The notes: a model not told the origin generated them from the letters alone. 64,000 nt of DNA from Erysipelotrichaceae bacterium (GCA_030528645.1 JAUMYM010000003.1:41521-105520), one strand, 5' to 3'; counted from the stretch's first letter, positions 37,085-48,186 are shown. Program-made: numbers and translations.

Positions 37085-39298
37085 ATGAACAAAACAATAA
37101 AAACCATTATCTTAAGAATAATTCTTCCAGGCATTGTATTAGCGCTATGTTTTTTACCTTTATTAATTGGTCGTATACAATACGCTGGATATGATATAAA
37201 TAATGAATATTTAATTTATTATCAAAGCTTTAAACAACATATTTTAGATGGAACAATTCCATTGTGGGATTTTCAATCTTTTTTAGGAAATAATTTTATT
37301 GCTTCAAAATCTTATTATTTTATAGGAGATCTTTTTGCATACTTACCAGTTTTTTTAAATAAGATACCTGTACAATATGTTATGGTTTTAAGTCATATCC
37401 TTAAATTATTACTAGCATATAATTTATTCTACAGCTTACTTCAATACGTTCAATTAAAAAATAGAACAAAAGTTTTATTTTCACTCCTTTATATCTTTAG
37501 TGGCTTTAGTTTAGTATTCTTTGGACAACCTATGTTTTTAACAACCTATAGTTTGTTTCCGTTGTTACTAATTGCGATTGAACGATATATACGATTCCAT
37601 AAAATAGGTTTTATTTATCTAGCAAGTTTGTTGCTTGTTATGGCTAATTACTATTTATTCTGGTCAATTTCAATGTTTTTAATGGTGTATTGGCCAATTC
37701 GTTATTTTATGCAACATGAATTTCATTGGAAACCTTTTTTAAAGCAATCTTTTTTAGCTATTGTAATCTATATGCTTGGAGCATTAAGCTATGCAGTTGT
37801 ATTATTGCCGACAGCTTTATTTTTAAGACAGAGTCCACGTGTTGATTCTTTTCATTTAGCATGGTTTTATAAGCCTGATGTATATTTTAATATCTTACAA
37901 AATGTATTTAGCTATCCAAGCAATGTAAGCTATTCTAAGACTTTATTTAGCAGTAATTATTATCGTTATGATCAAATACCACTCTATGTTTCTTTCATTG
38001 TGTTTCCATTGCTATTACAAATAAAACAATGCTTTAACAAAAAACAAGTACATCTTCTTTTAGTTGCTTTTGCAATCGCAGTAATGATCTTAGTTATACC
38101 AATGGGTGGAAGTTTCATGCATGGTTTTGCAGAATCCAGTCATCGATGGGTGTTTATGCTGGCAACTGTTTTTTTGCTTATTGCAGCAATCGTTTATGAT
38201 CAGCATAAGTTTCATAAGAAACTGACTTTATTAGCACTTTTTATACAGATAGTAATCGTTTTAGGCTTACTATTTATTGCAAAAGATCGTTTTCTTCAAC
38301 ATCGTTATGAATTATTCTTGTTTGGCTTTTCTATTGTCGGGGTTTTCTTTTTCTATTTATATCAAACAGGAAAATTAAAGAAAAGTATACTAGTGGTTTT
38401 TATACTTTTAGAAGTTATATTAAATTACACTTGGTCAAATGTACAATATCAACTCAAATATCAAAATGGGTATCATAGTTTAAATAAAGATTACTTTAGT
38501 CAAGAAGTTCTTTCTATATTAAAAGAAGATAATGCACGTACCAGTATTTATCAATATTATGTAGGCATTGATTTTGATAAAGATTTTTTAAATAATGTAG
38601 GTATCTATTATGGATTTAATACGACTATGGGTTATGATAGTGTGTATCATCATAGCTTAAAGCCATTTTTACAAATGATTAATGAAATCTATTGGTGGTT
38701 TCAAGTAGTTGACTATGATGCTTTACAGATGTTAAGTACAAAGTATTATATTGTAAAAGATAAAAATGAATTACCGCATGAACAATTTACACCTTTAGGA
38801 AGTTTGGGTAAGAGTGAGTATTTACTCTTTGAAGATCAACAGTATCTTCCTATGGGGTATACGTATGTAGATACCATTACGTTTGAAGAGTTGTATCAAT
38901 ATGATTACTATACACAACTTCATCACATGAAGAATCGCTTAGTCACCAATCAACAACAACCATTGAGTGGAACACGTAGCTACCTAAAAGATTTTCAAAT
39001 TCAAAAAAACACCATTAAAGGAAATATTGATGTGAATGGAAATCAATATTTATTCTTTTCGATTCCTTATGATGAAGGTTGGACATGTTATGTCAATGGA
39101 AAAGTAATGCCGATTCAAAAAGCACACCAAGGATTTATGGCAATTTATTTACAGGAAGGACACCATGAAATTACCTTGACGTTTATACCAAATGGTTTGA
39201 AAAAAGGGATGTTGTTGAGTGTTGTCGCGATTGTAAGTTATGTTATGATAGTTGTATTGCATCATGTATATAACAAAAGAAGGGAAAAACGGGTATGA
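37085..39298 (+). CDS. YfhO-family polytopic membrane protein (GT-C-type glycosyltransferase)
   Basis: A 737-aa protein with many TM segments and a C-terminal extracytoplasmic domain, the architecture typical of YfhO. Confidence 0.7.
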   Translation: MNKTIKTIILRIILPGIVLALCFLPLLIGRIQYAGYDINNEYLIYYQSFKQHILDGTIPLWDFQSFLGNNFIASKSYYFIGDLFAYLPVFLNKIPVQYVMVLSHILKLLLAYNLFYSLLQYVQLKNRTKVLFSLLYIFSGFSLVFFGQPMFLTTYSLFPLLLIAIERYIRFHKIGFIYLASLLLVMANYYLFWSISMFLMVYWPIRYFMQHEFHWKPFLKQSFLAIVIYMLGALSYAVVLLPTALFLRQSPRVDSFHLAWFYKPDVYFNILQNVFSYPSNVSYSKTLFSSNYYRYDQIPLYVSFIVFPLLLQIKQCFNKKQVHLLLVAFAIAVMILVIPMGGSFMHGFAESSHRWVFMLATVFLLIAAIVYDQHKFHKKLTLLALFIQIVIVLGLLFIAKDRFLQHRYELFLFGFSIVGVFFFYLYQTGKLKKSILVVFILLEVILNYTWSNVQYQLKYQNGYHSLNKDYFSQEVLSILKEDNARTSIYQYYVGIDFDKDFLNNVGIYYGFNTTMGYDSVYHHSLKPFLQMINEIYWWFQVVDYDALQMLSTKYYIVKDKNELPHEQFTPLGSLGKSEYLLFEDQQYLPMGYTYVDTITFEELYQYDYYTQLHHMKNRLVTNQQQPLSGTRSYLKDFQIQKNTIKGNIDVNGNQYLFFSIPYDEGWTCYVNGKVMPIQKAHQGFMAIYLQEGHHEITLTFIPNGLKKGMLLSVVAIVSYVMIVVLHHVYNKRREKRV

Positions 39299-40773
39299 AT
39301 AAAATACTAAATAAAGATAAACTATTAATGTTGATAGGTGGAGTATTTATTTATGTGTTATTTTATTATATTTCTAAGCAAACACCATTGGCTGGCGATG
39401 ATTGGGGTTATGCCTTTAATGGATTAAATGATAATATTTTTCACACAATATCTCATTTCTATACGAATTGGTCGGGTAGAGTTTTTAGTGAGTTTTACAG
39501 TTTAACTGTCATACCTCAGAAGTGGTTGTGGAATCTACTTAATCCTTTGTTATTTCTGTTTATTTATTATATGTTAATAAAAATTATAAATAAGAAATCT
39601 TATGTCATCTATGTTGGAGTACTTATGTTCATGTTAAGTGTATCCAATCACATGCGCATGCAAACTTACACATGGCTTACCGGTACAGGGTTTTATACAA
39701 TAGCCTTGTTAAGTTTATTAGTGTATCTATACATCATTAAAAGTGTCTTACTACATAAAAAACAATTTAATCTGTATCGTATTCTAATCGCAATCTTATG
39801 CAATGTACAAATATCGATGAGTATGGAAAATGCAGCTATTATTTTAGTGCTTTTAAATATGAGTGTTTTAGTCTATGCATACATCTATAAAAAAGAATAT
39901 TTTAAAATCTTTTTTCTTATTTTTATCTTTAATCTTGTAGCTTTTGCGGTATTATTCTTTGCACCGGGTTCTTCACAAAGACTATTGAGGGATCATGCTG
40001 ATTGGGTTTCATTATCTGTTTTTGAGAAGATAAGTATCAACTGGAAGCATTTTATGTATTACACATTCTTAAGTAGTCCTATTTTATTTTCGTTTTTTAA
40101 TATTGTAAGTTTAATACATATATTTACGAATTGGAAACAGAATAAATATGTAAAGAGTATGATAGCTTTGATTATTATGATGAGTTTTTTATTCCTCTTT
40201 GCTGAAAAACTGCACATATCTTGGCTGGTAGATATGAAAGATATACGCATTGTGATTTTCCTTACTGTTTATTATTTTTTGTATGCTATTAGTATCTTTT
40301 ATGTACTTTATCATGTTTTCGAAAGAACCTTATTTATAGAAGTAAGTGTATATATTGTTCTTGCAGGAGTAAGTAATGCTGTTATGATGATGAGTCCAAT
40401 TTTTGCAGCTCGTTCCAGTTTGTATACGTATTATTTATTAGTATTAGTTGTGTTACTTCTGATGAATGAGTTAAAAGGAAAAAGTATCTATCCAATCTTT
40501 GTAGTTATTTCTATAGGCATTATTGGTATAAAGACCATTAATTATATTAAAATATATCAAACAGTTAGCCACTTTCATCATATGCGTATGCAACAAATTC
40601 AATATTATCAAGATAATCCAAATGAAAAAGAAGCATGGCTTGTACGCATGCCTACTGAATTAATTCATTCTTATGATATAGAATTGAATGATACTTATCA
40701 TCAAGAAGTATTTAAAAAATATTTTAAATTAAATCCGGAAATGAAGCTCATATTCTATAATCATAAAAAGTAA
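39295..40773 (+). CDS. Polytopic membrane protein, possibly a GT-C-like glycosyltransferase
   Basis: A 492-aa protein with about 12 TM segments and a DDWGY motif after TM1. It is translationally coupled (ATGA) to the YfhO-like gene. Confidence 0.45.
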   Translation: MNKILNKDKLLMLIGGVFIYVLFYYISKQTPLAGDDWGYAFNGLNDNIFHTISHFYTNWSGRVFSEFYSLTVIPQKWLWNLLNPLLFLFIYYMLIKIINKKSYVIYVGVLMFMLSVSNHMRMQTYTWLTGTGFYTIALLSLLVYLYIIKSVLLHKKQFNLYRILIAILCNVQISMSMENAAIILVLLNMSVLVYAYIYKKEYFKIFFLIFIFNLVAFAVLFFAPGSSQRLLRDHADWVSLSVFEKISINWKHFMYYTFLSSPILFSFFNIVSLIHIFTNWKQNKYVKSMIALIIMMSFLFLFAEKLHISWLVDMKDIRIVIFLTVYYFLYAISIFYVLYHVFERTLFIEVSVYIVLAGVSNAVMMMSPIFAARSSLYTYYLLVLVVLLLMNELKGKSIYPIFVVISIGIIGIKTINYIKIYQTVSHFHHMRMQQIQYYQDNPNEKEAWLVRMPTELIHSYDIELNDTYHQEVFKKYFKLNPEMKLIFYNHKK

Positions 40774-40799
40774 AAAAGCTATTGTTAAATAGCTTTTTA
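40774..40799. terminator. Bidirectional terminator between convergent genes
   Basis: aaaaagctatt-gtta-aatagcttttt. Confidence 0.6.
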
Positions 40800-42986
40800 T
40801 TGTGGTCCTTTTGAAATTTGGAACTTGAATACAGTACTTGGATCATAATCTCCTGAACCGGGATAATCTCCAACTAGTTGCCCGACATTTTCATCTGAAT
40901 GTACTAATTCAATTTGAATTTGACTATCCGGAACACCTAAAGATTTTAAGTAATTTGTAATAATCGTTTTTGATTCATCCGCAGAAGTGGAATTAACAAT
41001 CTTTATTTGTACATCAATAATCGTAATTTTCTCTACAGGTTTTTTACCTAAAGATGCTTTACATGATACAGATTTTCCTGATATAGAACAATCGTAAGTG
41101 ATTCCACTTGCAACTGTATCAGAGTATTCATCTACAAAGTTTAATGTTAATCCAGCACCTTGGTTATTAAGTGTTGCTAAGTGTTGGTTTGCTTGTTCTT
41201 TGGTTTTGTTGTTGAAATCAGAGACATTAATTGGTAGTTGACCACGTGATAAAGTCAGTGTGATTTCTGTATTAATAGCGACTTTGGTACCTGAGGCAAT
41301 ACTTTGATTCACTACTTCATCTTTTGGTTTACTACTCCAATTTGTTTCAGATACAAATTTGAATTTTAAACCATTTACACTACATCCAGTATTGGCACAT
41401 GGTTTTTGACTTCCAATATAATTACCTACAACAATACCTGCACCTTTTGATTTTTTACAACTAATTGTATTACCGGTTACTTTACAGTCATAAAGTAAGT
41501 TTGCGGCAACAGTATCATTAAAGTCTCCACCATCTACAGTTAATTTGAAGTTAGCCCCTTGATTGTTGTAAGTTGCTAAAGTGGTTCTAGCTGCTTCTTC
41601 GGTTTGGTTATTGTATTGTGCTAAGTCAGGTTTGTAAGCTCCTTTTGAAGTTGTATAGTTGATAGAAGATCCTTTTTTAAATTCTCCTGTAACATTAGTA
41701 ACGATGTTATCTTTTGCATAAGAGCTATAAGATTCTCCAGTTTTATTTGGTACAAGTCCTTGTTTCTTTAAGAAGGTAATAAATTCATTTTCAGGCTTAT
41801 TAACATAGCTATCTACTTTAATAAGTTGTCCTTTGCTGACTTTAATTTTAATTTTACTACCCGGTTTAATACTATTTAATTTTGTTGTTGGTTTATCAAT
41901 TTCTTTTCCATCAACAATCATAGAGATAATATTGTTTTCTGCAACTTTGTTGTTTACTTCGTTAATATATTCAACACTGATATTTGCAGATTCATTGTTA
42001 CTCTTATTCAATTTTGCAATGTAACTTTCAAAATCTGCTTTTGATTTTCCTACATAATTATTTAATGGTACAAAACCAATAGAGATATAGGCAGTGAGTT
42101 TACTATTGGGTTTAATCTTAGAGTTGGCTTTTGGATTCGTAGAAATAATTAATCCACTTGCTACAGTTGGACTATAAGAATCAACAAAGGTAACAGAAAT
42201 TTTATTGGCTTTTGCCCATTTTGATAAAGCCGCTTTTTCTTTTCCATTAAAGTTTTCTAAGACAATGCCTTTTCCACTAGATAATACAACTTTTACTTTA
42301 GAACCAGTTGTAGAAGCTTCATTAGCCTTCGGATTTTGTGATACTACTTTACCTTCGGATATACTATCAGAGGCTTCACTTGTAAAGGAAACACTCATAT
42401 TATTTGTTTTCGCCCATGCTTGAATATTTTCTTTTGTAAAGTCTTTAAAGTCCGGAATAATAATTGGTAAACCCACAGAATCTGTTCCGGCAGAAATAGA
42501 AACTAAAATAACTTCACTACGTTTGGCTTGGTTACCGGTAATATTTAATTTAACAAATTTTCCTTTGGCGATTTCTTGATGAGGAATGTACTCTACAGTT
42601 ACATCTGTAAATAATTGTTCTTTAAACCAAGCTGTAATTTCTGCTTCTGTTTTATCTTTAAAGTCAATAAGATCAACTAGTTTATCAGGGTCACTTCCTT
42701 TTGAAACCGTAAAGCTAATCTTTTGTTTAATTGGTTTATTTTTTTCAATAGATTGACTTATTACAATGTCTTTTTCGATTGTTTCACTAAATTCGTAGAG
42801 AATTTCAATCTTATCACTTTTCACTTTATGTTTCTCTTGCCAAGCAATTACTTCTGCAATATTTTTATTTACAAAATCTTCTGCTTTTAATTGTGGTGAA
42901 AAAAATAAGAATGCTAATGCAGCCACGACGAATGTGCCTAAAATTCCTGTAATAATCAATAAAATTTTAGTTGTATTATTTTTCAT
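40797..42986 (-). CDS. Membrane-anchored protein with multiple PASTA-like repeats and Cys-rich inserts
   Basis: An N-terminal TM segment (ILLIITGILGTFVVAALAFLFF) followed by repeated units of about 70 aa ending in ...SKG / ...SSGKG. Two Cys clusters are present. There is no kinase or PBP domain. Confidence 0.55.
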   Translation of the reverse strand: MKNNTTKILLIITGILGTFVVAALAFLFFSPQLKAEDFVNKNIAEVIAWQEKHKVKSDKIEILYEFSETIEKDIVISQSIEKNKPIKQKISFTVSKGSDPDKLVDLIDFKDKTEAEITAWFKEQLFTDVTVEYIPHQEIAKGKFVKLNITGNQAKRSEVILVSISAGTDSVGLPIIIPDFKDFTKENIQAWAKTNNMSVSFTSEASDSISEGKVVSQNPKANEASTTGSKVKVVLSSGKGIVLENFNGKEKAALSKWAKANKISVTFVDSYSPTVASGLIISTNPKANSKIKPNSKLTAYISIGFVPLNNYVGKSKADFESYIAKLNKSNNESANISVEYINEVNNKVAENNIISMIVDGKEIDKPTTKLNSIKPGSKIKIKVSKGQLIKVDSYVNKPENEFITFLKKQGLVPNKTGESYSSYAKDNIVTNVTGEFKKGSSINYTTSKGAYKPDLAQYNNQTEEAARTTLATYNNQGANFKLTVDGGDFNDTVAANLLYDCKVTGNTISCKKSKGAGIVVGNYIGSQKPCANTGCSVNGLKFKFVSETNWSSKPKDEVVNQSIASGTKVAINTEITLTLSRGQLPINVSDFNNKTKEQANQHLATLNNQGAGLTLNFVDEYSDTVASGITYDCSISGKSVSCKASLGKKPVEKITIIDVQIKIVNSTSADESKTIITNYLKSLGVPDSQIQIELVHSDENVGQLVGDYPGSGDYDPSTVFKFQISKGPQ

Positions 42987-43120
42987 ATACTCCCTCCAAG
43001 AGTAATTATAGCATAATATATTCTTTTAAATATAACACTTTTGTAATGTATAAAAATCATTGTCAAGACTTTCATATCTTTTAAAAAATGATAAACTATA
43101 GAAGATTAAAGGAGTTAACT

Positions 43121-45259
43121 ATGGAACAATTAATTAAGCCTATTGCACAAGAATTAAAGATAGAAGTAGAACAAATCAATAACACGTTGAAATTGTTGGA
43201 AGAAGGGAATACGGTACCTTTTATTGCTCGTTATCGTAAAGAAATGACCAAGGGGTTAGATGAAGAACAGATTTTATATATTCAAAAACAATATGAATAT
43301 CAAGTTAATTTAGCAAAACGTAAAGAAGATGTTTTAAGAATTATTGAAACACAAGGAAAACTAACACCGGAAATTGTTGAAGCAATTCATCAATGTACAA
43401 AATTATCACAAGTAGAAGATATTTATCGACCATATCAACAAAAACGTAAAACAAGAGCGACCGAAGCAACTCGTAAAGGTTTAAAACCACTTGCGGATTG
43501 GATATTAACGTTACCTAAAACAGGAGATTTAAATCAAGAAGCATTAAAGTACTTAAATGAAGAAGTGACATCGGTTGAAGATGCTTTAGCAGGGGCAAGT
43601 GATATTATTGCAGAAGTAGTGAGTGATCAAGCAAAGTTAAGATGGAAAATAAAAGATTCTATCTATAACTATGGTCGTCTTGTAAGCAAAGTGAAAAAGA
43701 CACATAGTGATGAAAAACAAGTTTATAAAATGTATTATGATTATAGTGAAAAACTAACAACGATTATGCCACATCGCATTATGGCAATGAAACGTGGTGA
43801 AAAAGAAAAAGTTCTAACGATTTCTATGGATTATAACCAAGCCTACTTAATTAAGTATGCCGTATATGGATTGATGAGGGATAAAGAAACCATTGCAAAA
43901 GACTTGATTGTACATGCGGTAGAAGATGGATTAAAGCGTTTGGCATTTCCTTCTGTAGAACGTGAAATACGTAGTGAATTGGAAGAAAAAGCTGAGAAAC
44001 AATCCATTGAAGTCTTTAGTTTAAATGTTGAAAAATTATTGTTACAACCACCTTTAAAAGGAAAATATATCTTAGGTTTTGATCCGGCTTTTCGTACTGG
44101 GTGTAAGCTAGCGGTGTTAGATTCTACCGGAAAGATGTTAAAAATTGAAAAAATTTTTCCTCATGCTCCAATCAATAAGAAACAAGAAGCAGAAAAAATT
44201 TTATTAGGTTTATTTAAAGAATTCCCAATTGAAATCATAGCGATTGGAAATGGCACAGCCTCAAGAGAATCTGAACATTTTGTAGCAGAAGTTATTCGTA
44301 AACATCACTTAGATTTACAATATACTATTGTTTCTGAAGCGGGAGCTTCTGTATATAGTGCAAGTGAAATTGCACGTAGTGAATTTCCGGATTTAAATGT
44401 GGAAGAACGTAGTGCTATTTCCATTGGACGACGTTTATTAGATCCATTAGCGGAATTAATTAAAATTGATCCAAAGAGTATAGGTGTAGGACAATATCAA
44501 CATGATTTGGCAGTAAAACAACTCAATGAACGTTTGGATTTTGCAGTTTTAAAAAGTGTAAATAGAGTAGGGGTTGATTTAAATACGGCAAGCAATGAAT
44601 TGTTGATGCACGTTTCAGGTTTAACCAAAGCGACAGCCAAATCTATTATTGATTATCGCAATGAACATGGTCGCTTTCAAAATCGTTTGGAATTAACGAA
44701 AGTAAAAAAACTTGGTCCAAAAGCCATTCAACAAGCATCAGGATTTTTACGTATTAATGATTCTTTAGAAATACTAGATAAAACAAGTATCCATCCGGAG
44801 AGCTATCCCCTTGCATATAAACTTTTAGATACCCTTGGAAATCATCCTCTTGGTAGTGAAGCTATACAATTAGCTATTTCAAAATTAAATATAGAAGACT
44901 GTATGAAAGAATTCAATGTGGATCGTTATACCTTGGAAGATATTTTAGATGCTTTAAAAATGCCGCTACGAGATTATCGTGACAGTTACGATGGCCCCCT
45001 TTTAAAAAGTGATGTTTTAGATTTAAAAGATTTAACCGTAGGGATGAAGCTACAAGGTGTGATTCGCAATGTAGTAGACTTTGGAGCATTTGTAGACATC
45101 GGTTTACATGAAGATGGGTTGGTTCATATATCAAAAATGAGCAAAGAAAAAGTGGTACACCCAAGTGAATTAGTATCGGTTAATGATATTGTTGATGTAT
45201 GGGTATATCAAATTGATACACAACGTGAAAAAGTACAACTAAGTCTTATGGAAGTGTAG
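43121..45259 (+). CDS. tex: Transcription accessory protein Tex (YqgF/RuvC-like, HhH and S1 domains)
   Basis: It is conserved end to end (VPFIARYRKE, C-terminal S1 with GLVHISK). The ribosome-binding site is aaaggag. The ORF-track start at 43088 is an extension. Confidence 0.85.
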   Translation: MEQLIKPIAQELKIEVEQINNTLKLLEEGNTVPFIARYRKEMTKGLDEEQILYIQKQYEYQVNLAKRKEDVLRIIETQGKLTPEIVEAIHQCTKLSQVEDIYRPYQQKRKTRATEATRKGLKPLADWILTLPKTGDLNQEALKYLNEEVTSVEDALAGASDIIAEVVSDQAKLRWKIKDSIYNYGRLVSKVKKTHSDEKQVYKMYYDYSEKLTTIMPHRIMAMKRGEKEKVLTISMDYNQAYLIKYAVYGLMRDKETIAKDLIVHAVEDGLKRLAFPSVEREIRSELEEKAEKQSIEVFSLNVEKLLLQPPLKGKYILGFDPAFRTGCKLAVLDSTGKMLKIEKIFPHAPINKKQEAEKILLGLFKEFPIEIIAIGNGTASRESEHFVAEVIRKHHLDLQYTIVSEAGASVYSASEIARSEFPDLNVEERSAISIGRRLLDPLAELIKIDPKSIGVGQYQHDLAVKQLNERLDFAVLKSVNRVGVDLNTASNELLMHVSGLTKATAKSIIDYRNEHGRFQNRLELTKVKKLGPKAIQQASGFLRINDSLEILDKTSIHPESYPLAYKLLDTLGNHPLGSEAIQLAISKLNIEDCMKEFNVDRYTLEDILDALKMPLRDYRDSYDGPLLKSDVLDLKDLTVGMKLQGVIRNVVDFGAFVDIGLHEDGLVHISKMSKEKVVHPSELVSVNDIVDVWVYQIDTQREKVQLSLMEV

Positions 45260-45270
45260 GGAGGATATGT

Positions 45271-45819
45271 ATGTATTATAAGAAAATTGTCGGAGAAGAC
45301 ATTTATTTATCACCAATGGATTATAAAAATGAAGTAGATGTGGTAACAAGATGGCTAAATGAAGATTATGATATTGCCTATAATAACAGTTTTTATCAAA
45401 CCATCTTTACAAATGAAAAAGTATTTAAATTATTGGAAGATTGGTCAAGTGGTGATTGTTCGTTATCCATTGTTACAAAGGATAACGATACATTTATCGG
45501 TCATATCAGTTTGTTTCATTATCGTAAAATTGAAAATGGTGCAACCTTAGGTATTTATGTTGATGAAGTTTATCGAGGAAAGGGCTATGGAAAACAAGCG
45601 ATTACTTTATTACTTGAATATGCTTTTAAAACTTTAAATTATAATTTTATTCGAATTGAAGTATTTGCCTATAATGAAAAAGCGTTGGCTCTTTATCGTA
45701 GTTTAGGCTTTCAAGATGCAGGTAGTTATCGTAGAGGTAAATATCATCAAGGAAACTATTACGATACAATGGTGTTAGATATTCTAAAAGAAGAGTTTTT
45801 AAAAGAAACAAATAAATAG
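45271..45819 (+). CDS. GNAT-family N-acetyltransferase
   Basis: The acetyl-CoA-binding motif VYRGKGYGKQAI. Confidence 0.7.
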   Translation: MYYKKIVGEDIYLSPMDYKNEVDVVTRWLNEDYDIAYNNSFYQTIFTNEKVFKLLEDWSSGDCSLSIVTKDNDTFIGHISLFHYRKIENGATLGIYVDEVYRGKGYGKQAITLLLEYAFKTLNYNFIRIEVFAYNEKALALYRSLGFQDAGSYRRGKYHQGNYYDTMVLDILKEEFLKETNK

Positions 45820-45881
45820 AAGTATATGGTTTGTAAACGCTATAATTCTATGTTATTTTTAATATATAAAAGGAGATTGTT

Positions 45882-47420
45882 ATGTTAGCAAATAAAGAAG
45901 ATTTATACAACATTATCACCTCTGATACGTTGACGTATCACCAAAAATTAATGAGTTTAGGAAATGCGGCAGAACGCTTGTTTAATCCAATGGAATTATT
46001 AGGCTATACGCAAGAAGAATGGGATTATATTAATAATCAAATGATTTGTGATTTAAATGAAGGATATGCGATTTATCGCCCTCGTTATATTATTCCGGAT
46101 TATAGTGTATATATGAAAAATGGCTGTAAGTTTTTAGACTTACCAGCACCAAAGGATTTAGATGAAGCATTAGATGGTTTATTAATTTTATACTCTCATG
46201 TTCCATCAATTACAACCTATCCAGTATTCATTGGACATTTAGATATGCTTTTAGATCCATTTGTAAAAGATGAACAACAAGATTATATAAAGATTAAACG
46301 TTTCTTGAATCATATTGATAAAATGATTCCAGATTCATTTTGTCATGCCAATGTAGGACCTAAGGATACCTTAGCAGGTCGTTTGATTTTAAAAGCAGTG
46401 ATTGAACTTCAAAATCCAACACCGAATATGTCGATTAAGTATAATAAAGAAACTACATCAAGAGAATTTGCGGAACTTGCAGCAAAAGCATGTTTATTAG
46501 TTTCAAAACCATCATTTGCAAATGATGAATATTACAAGAGTGATTTAGGCGACTATGCTTTAGCAAGTTGTTATAATGCCTTACCACTTGCAGGAGGAGC
46601 TTACACCCTTACTCGTTTACGTTTAGGTACGATTGCAAAAGGAGCAAGTTCTACTGAAGATATGGTAAATCATTTATTACCTAAAGTAGCAAAACTTGCC
46701 CTATCTACTATGGATAAAAGACATCGTTTCTTAGTAGAAAAATCAAATTACTTTAAGACTGATTTCTTAACAAAAGAAGGCTTCTTAAAACGTGATAATT
46801 TTACAAGTATGATTGCCATTGTTGGTTTAGCGGATGCTGTAAATCACTTCTTAGCACTAGAAGGTATTTCTGAAACATTCGGGTCATCTACTCGTGGAGA
46901 TGAAATTGCAACAATGATTATGGAAAAACTGAAAGAAGTGAATGATAATCATGAAGGTGTTTATGTAGGAAGAACAAAGAATCGTTATTTATTACATGCT
47001 CAAGTTGGAGCAGGCTTACATGAAGAAGACAAAAACAATACTCCGGCTCATCGTGTGAAAGTAGGGCAAGAACCAATGTTGTTAGATCATTTAAAACAAT
47101 CTGCACCATTCCATAAGTATTTCCCATCAGGAACAGGTGATTTATTTGCCTTTGATCAAACGTATGTAGATCATTTAGATGCAGTCGTTGATATTATTGA
47201 TGGAGCTTTTGCTTTAGGGTATCGTTATATTACAACGTATTTAAAGAATACAGATTTAATACGTGTAACAGGTTACTTAGTGAAAAAGAGTGAAGTAGAA
47301 AAATATCGTAAAGGTGAAGTTGTTTTACGTGATACTACTTGGTATGGTTCGCAAACAGATGACAATGCACAAGTATTTGATCGTTCTTTAAGAGATGAGG
47401 CTAATGTTGCCGGAAAGTAA
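45882..47420 (+). CDS. YjjI-family glycyl-radical enzyme
   Basis: A 512-aa protein with the C-terminal glycyl-radical motif RVTGY (Gly codon at 47271..47273). It is immediately followed by a radical-SAM activase whose start overlaps it. Confidence 0.7.
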   Translation: MLANKEDLYNIITSDTLTYHQKLMSLGNAAERLFNPMELLGYTQEEWDYINNQMICDLNEGYAIYRPRYIIPDYSVYMKNGCKFLDLPAPKDLDEALDGLLILYSHVPSITTYPVFIGHLDMLLDPFVKDEQQDYIKIKRFLNHIDKMIPDSFCHANVGPKDTLAGRLILKAVIELQNPTPNMSIKYNKETTSREFAELAAKACLLVSKPSFANDEYYKSDLGDYALASCYNALPLAGGAYTLTRLRLGTIAKGASSTEDMVNHLLPKVAKLALSTMDKRHRFLVEKSNYFKTDFLTKEGFLKRDNFTSMIAIVGLADAVNHFLALEGISETFGSSTRGDEIATMIMEKLKEVNDNHEGVYVGRTKNRYLLHAQVGAGLHEEDKNNTPAHRVKVGQEPMLLDHLKQSAPFHKYFPSGTGDLFAFDQTYVDHLDAVVDIIDGAFALGYRYITTYLKNTDLIRVTGYLVKKSEVEKYRKGEVVLRDTTWYGSQTDDNAQVFDRSLRDEANVAGK

Positions 47421-48186
47421 TCTAGAAGAAATCTATGTAAAATTGCATCGCATTATTCCCTTTTCAAATGTAGAAGGACAAGGAAATCGTTGCAGTATAT
47501 TTCTTCAAGGCTGTAACATCAATTGTTTATACTGTCATAATCCAGAAACCATTCCAACAGATGATGAACATGCTAAGGTGGTTAGTTTAGCTTATATTTT
47601 AAACGAAATAAAAAAATCGATGCCATTTATTCGAGGCATTACTGTATCTGGTGGAGAACCAACCTTACATTATAAAAAGCTAGTACCTTTGTTTAAAGAA
47701 GTTAGAAAGTTAGGTTTAACTTGTTATCTGGATTCAAATGGTTTCTTTGACTTTGAAAAGATGAAAGAGTTAATAGAAGTAACAGATAAATTTCTATTTG
47801 ATATTAAGGGTATTGGAAGTGGTTTAGAATATCTATGTTTTGATTTGAGAAATGTAAAGGGTGAAGAAAGTAAGAATGAAGTAACAAAGCCATCTTATAT
47901 GAGTCAAAACATTGAAAATTTAAGAAAGCTTTTGCCCTTAGGTAAAATTGAAGAAGTAAGATTGGTTCATATCAAAGGATTTTATGATTCATATAAGACG
48001 GTCGATGCCATTGTAAGTGTGGTCAAAGGGTATCCTGAAGTATTATTTAAACTCATTCGGGTACACGGAAAAGGTGCACGAAATGAAGCTTTTATTACAA
48101 ATAAAATGCCAAGTATCCAGGAACATGAAGCACTTGCTGAATATGCTAAAAGCATAGGTTTACAACACATTGTAGTAATTAATTAA
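47395..48186 (+). CDS. Glycyl-radical-enzyme activating protein (radical SAM, YjjW-like)
   Basis: CNINCLYCHN, a CX3CX2C motif, near the N-terminus. The glycine-rich SAM motif is GGEPT. Confidence 0.8.
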   Translation: MRLMLPESNLEEIYVKLHRIIPFSNVEGQGNRCSIFLQGCNINCLYCHNPETIPTDDEHAKVVSLAYILNEIKKSMPFIRGITVSGGEPTLHYKKLVPLFKEVRKLGLTCYLDSNGFFDFEKMKELIEVTDKFLFDIKGIGSGLEYLCFDLRNVKGEESKNEVTKPSYMSQNIENLRKLLPLGKIEEVRLVHIKGFYDSYKTVDAIVSVVKGYPEVLFKLIRVHGKGARNEAFITNKMPSIQEHEALAEYAKSIGLQHIVVIN

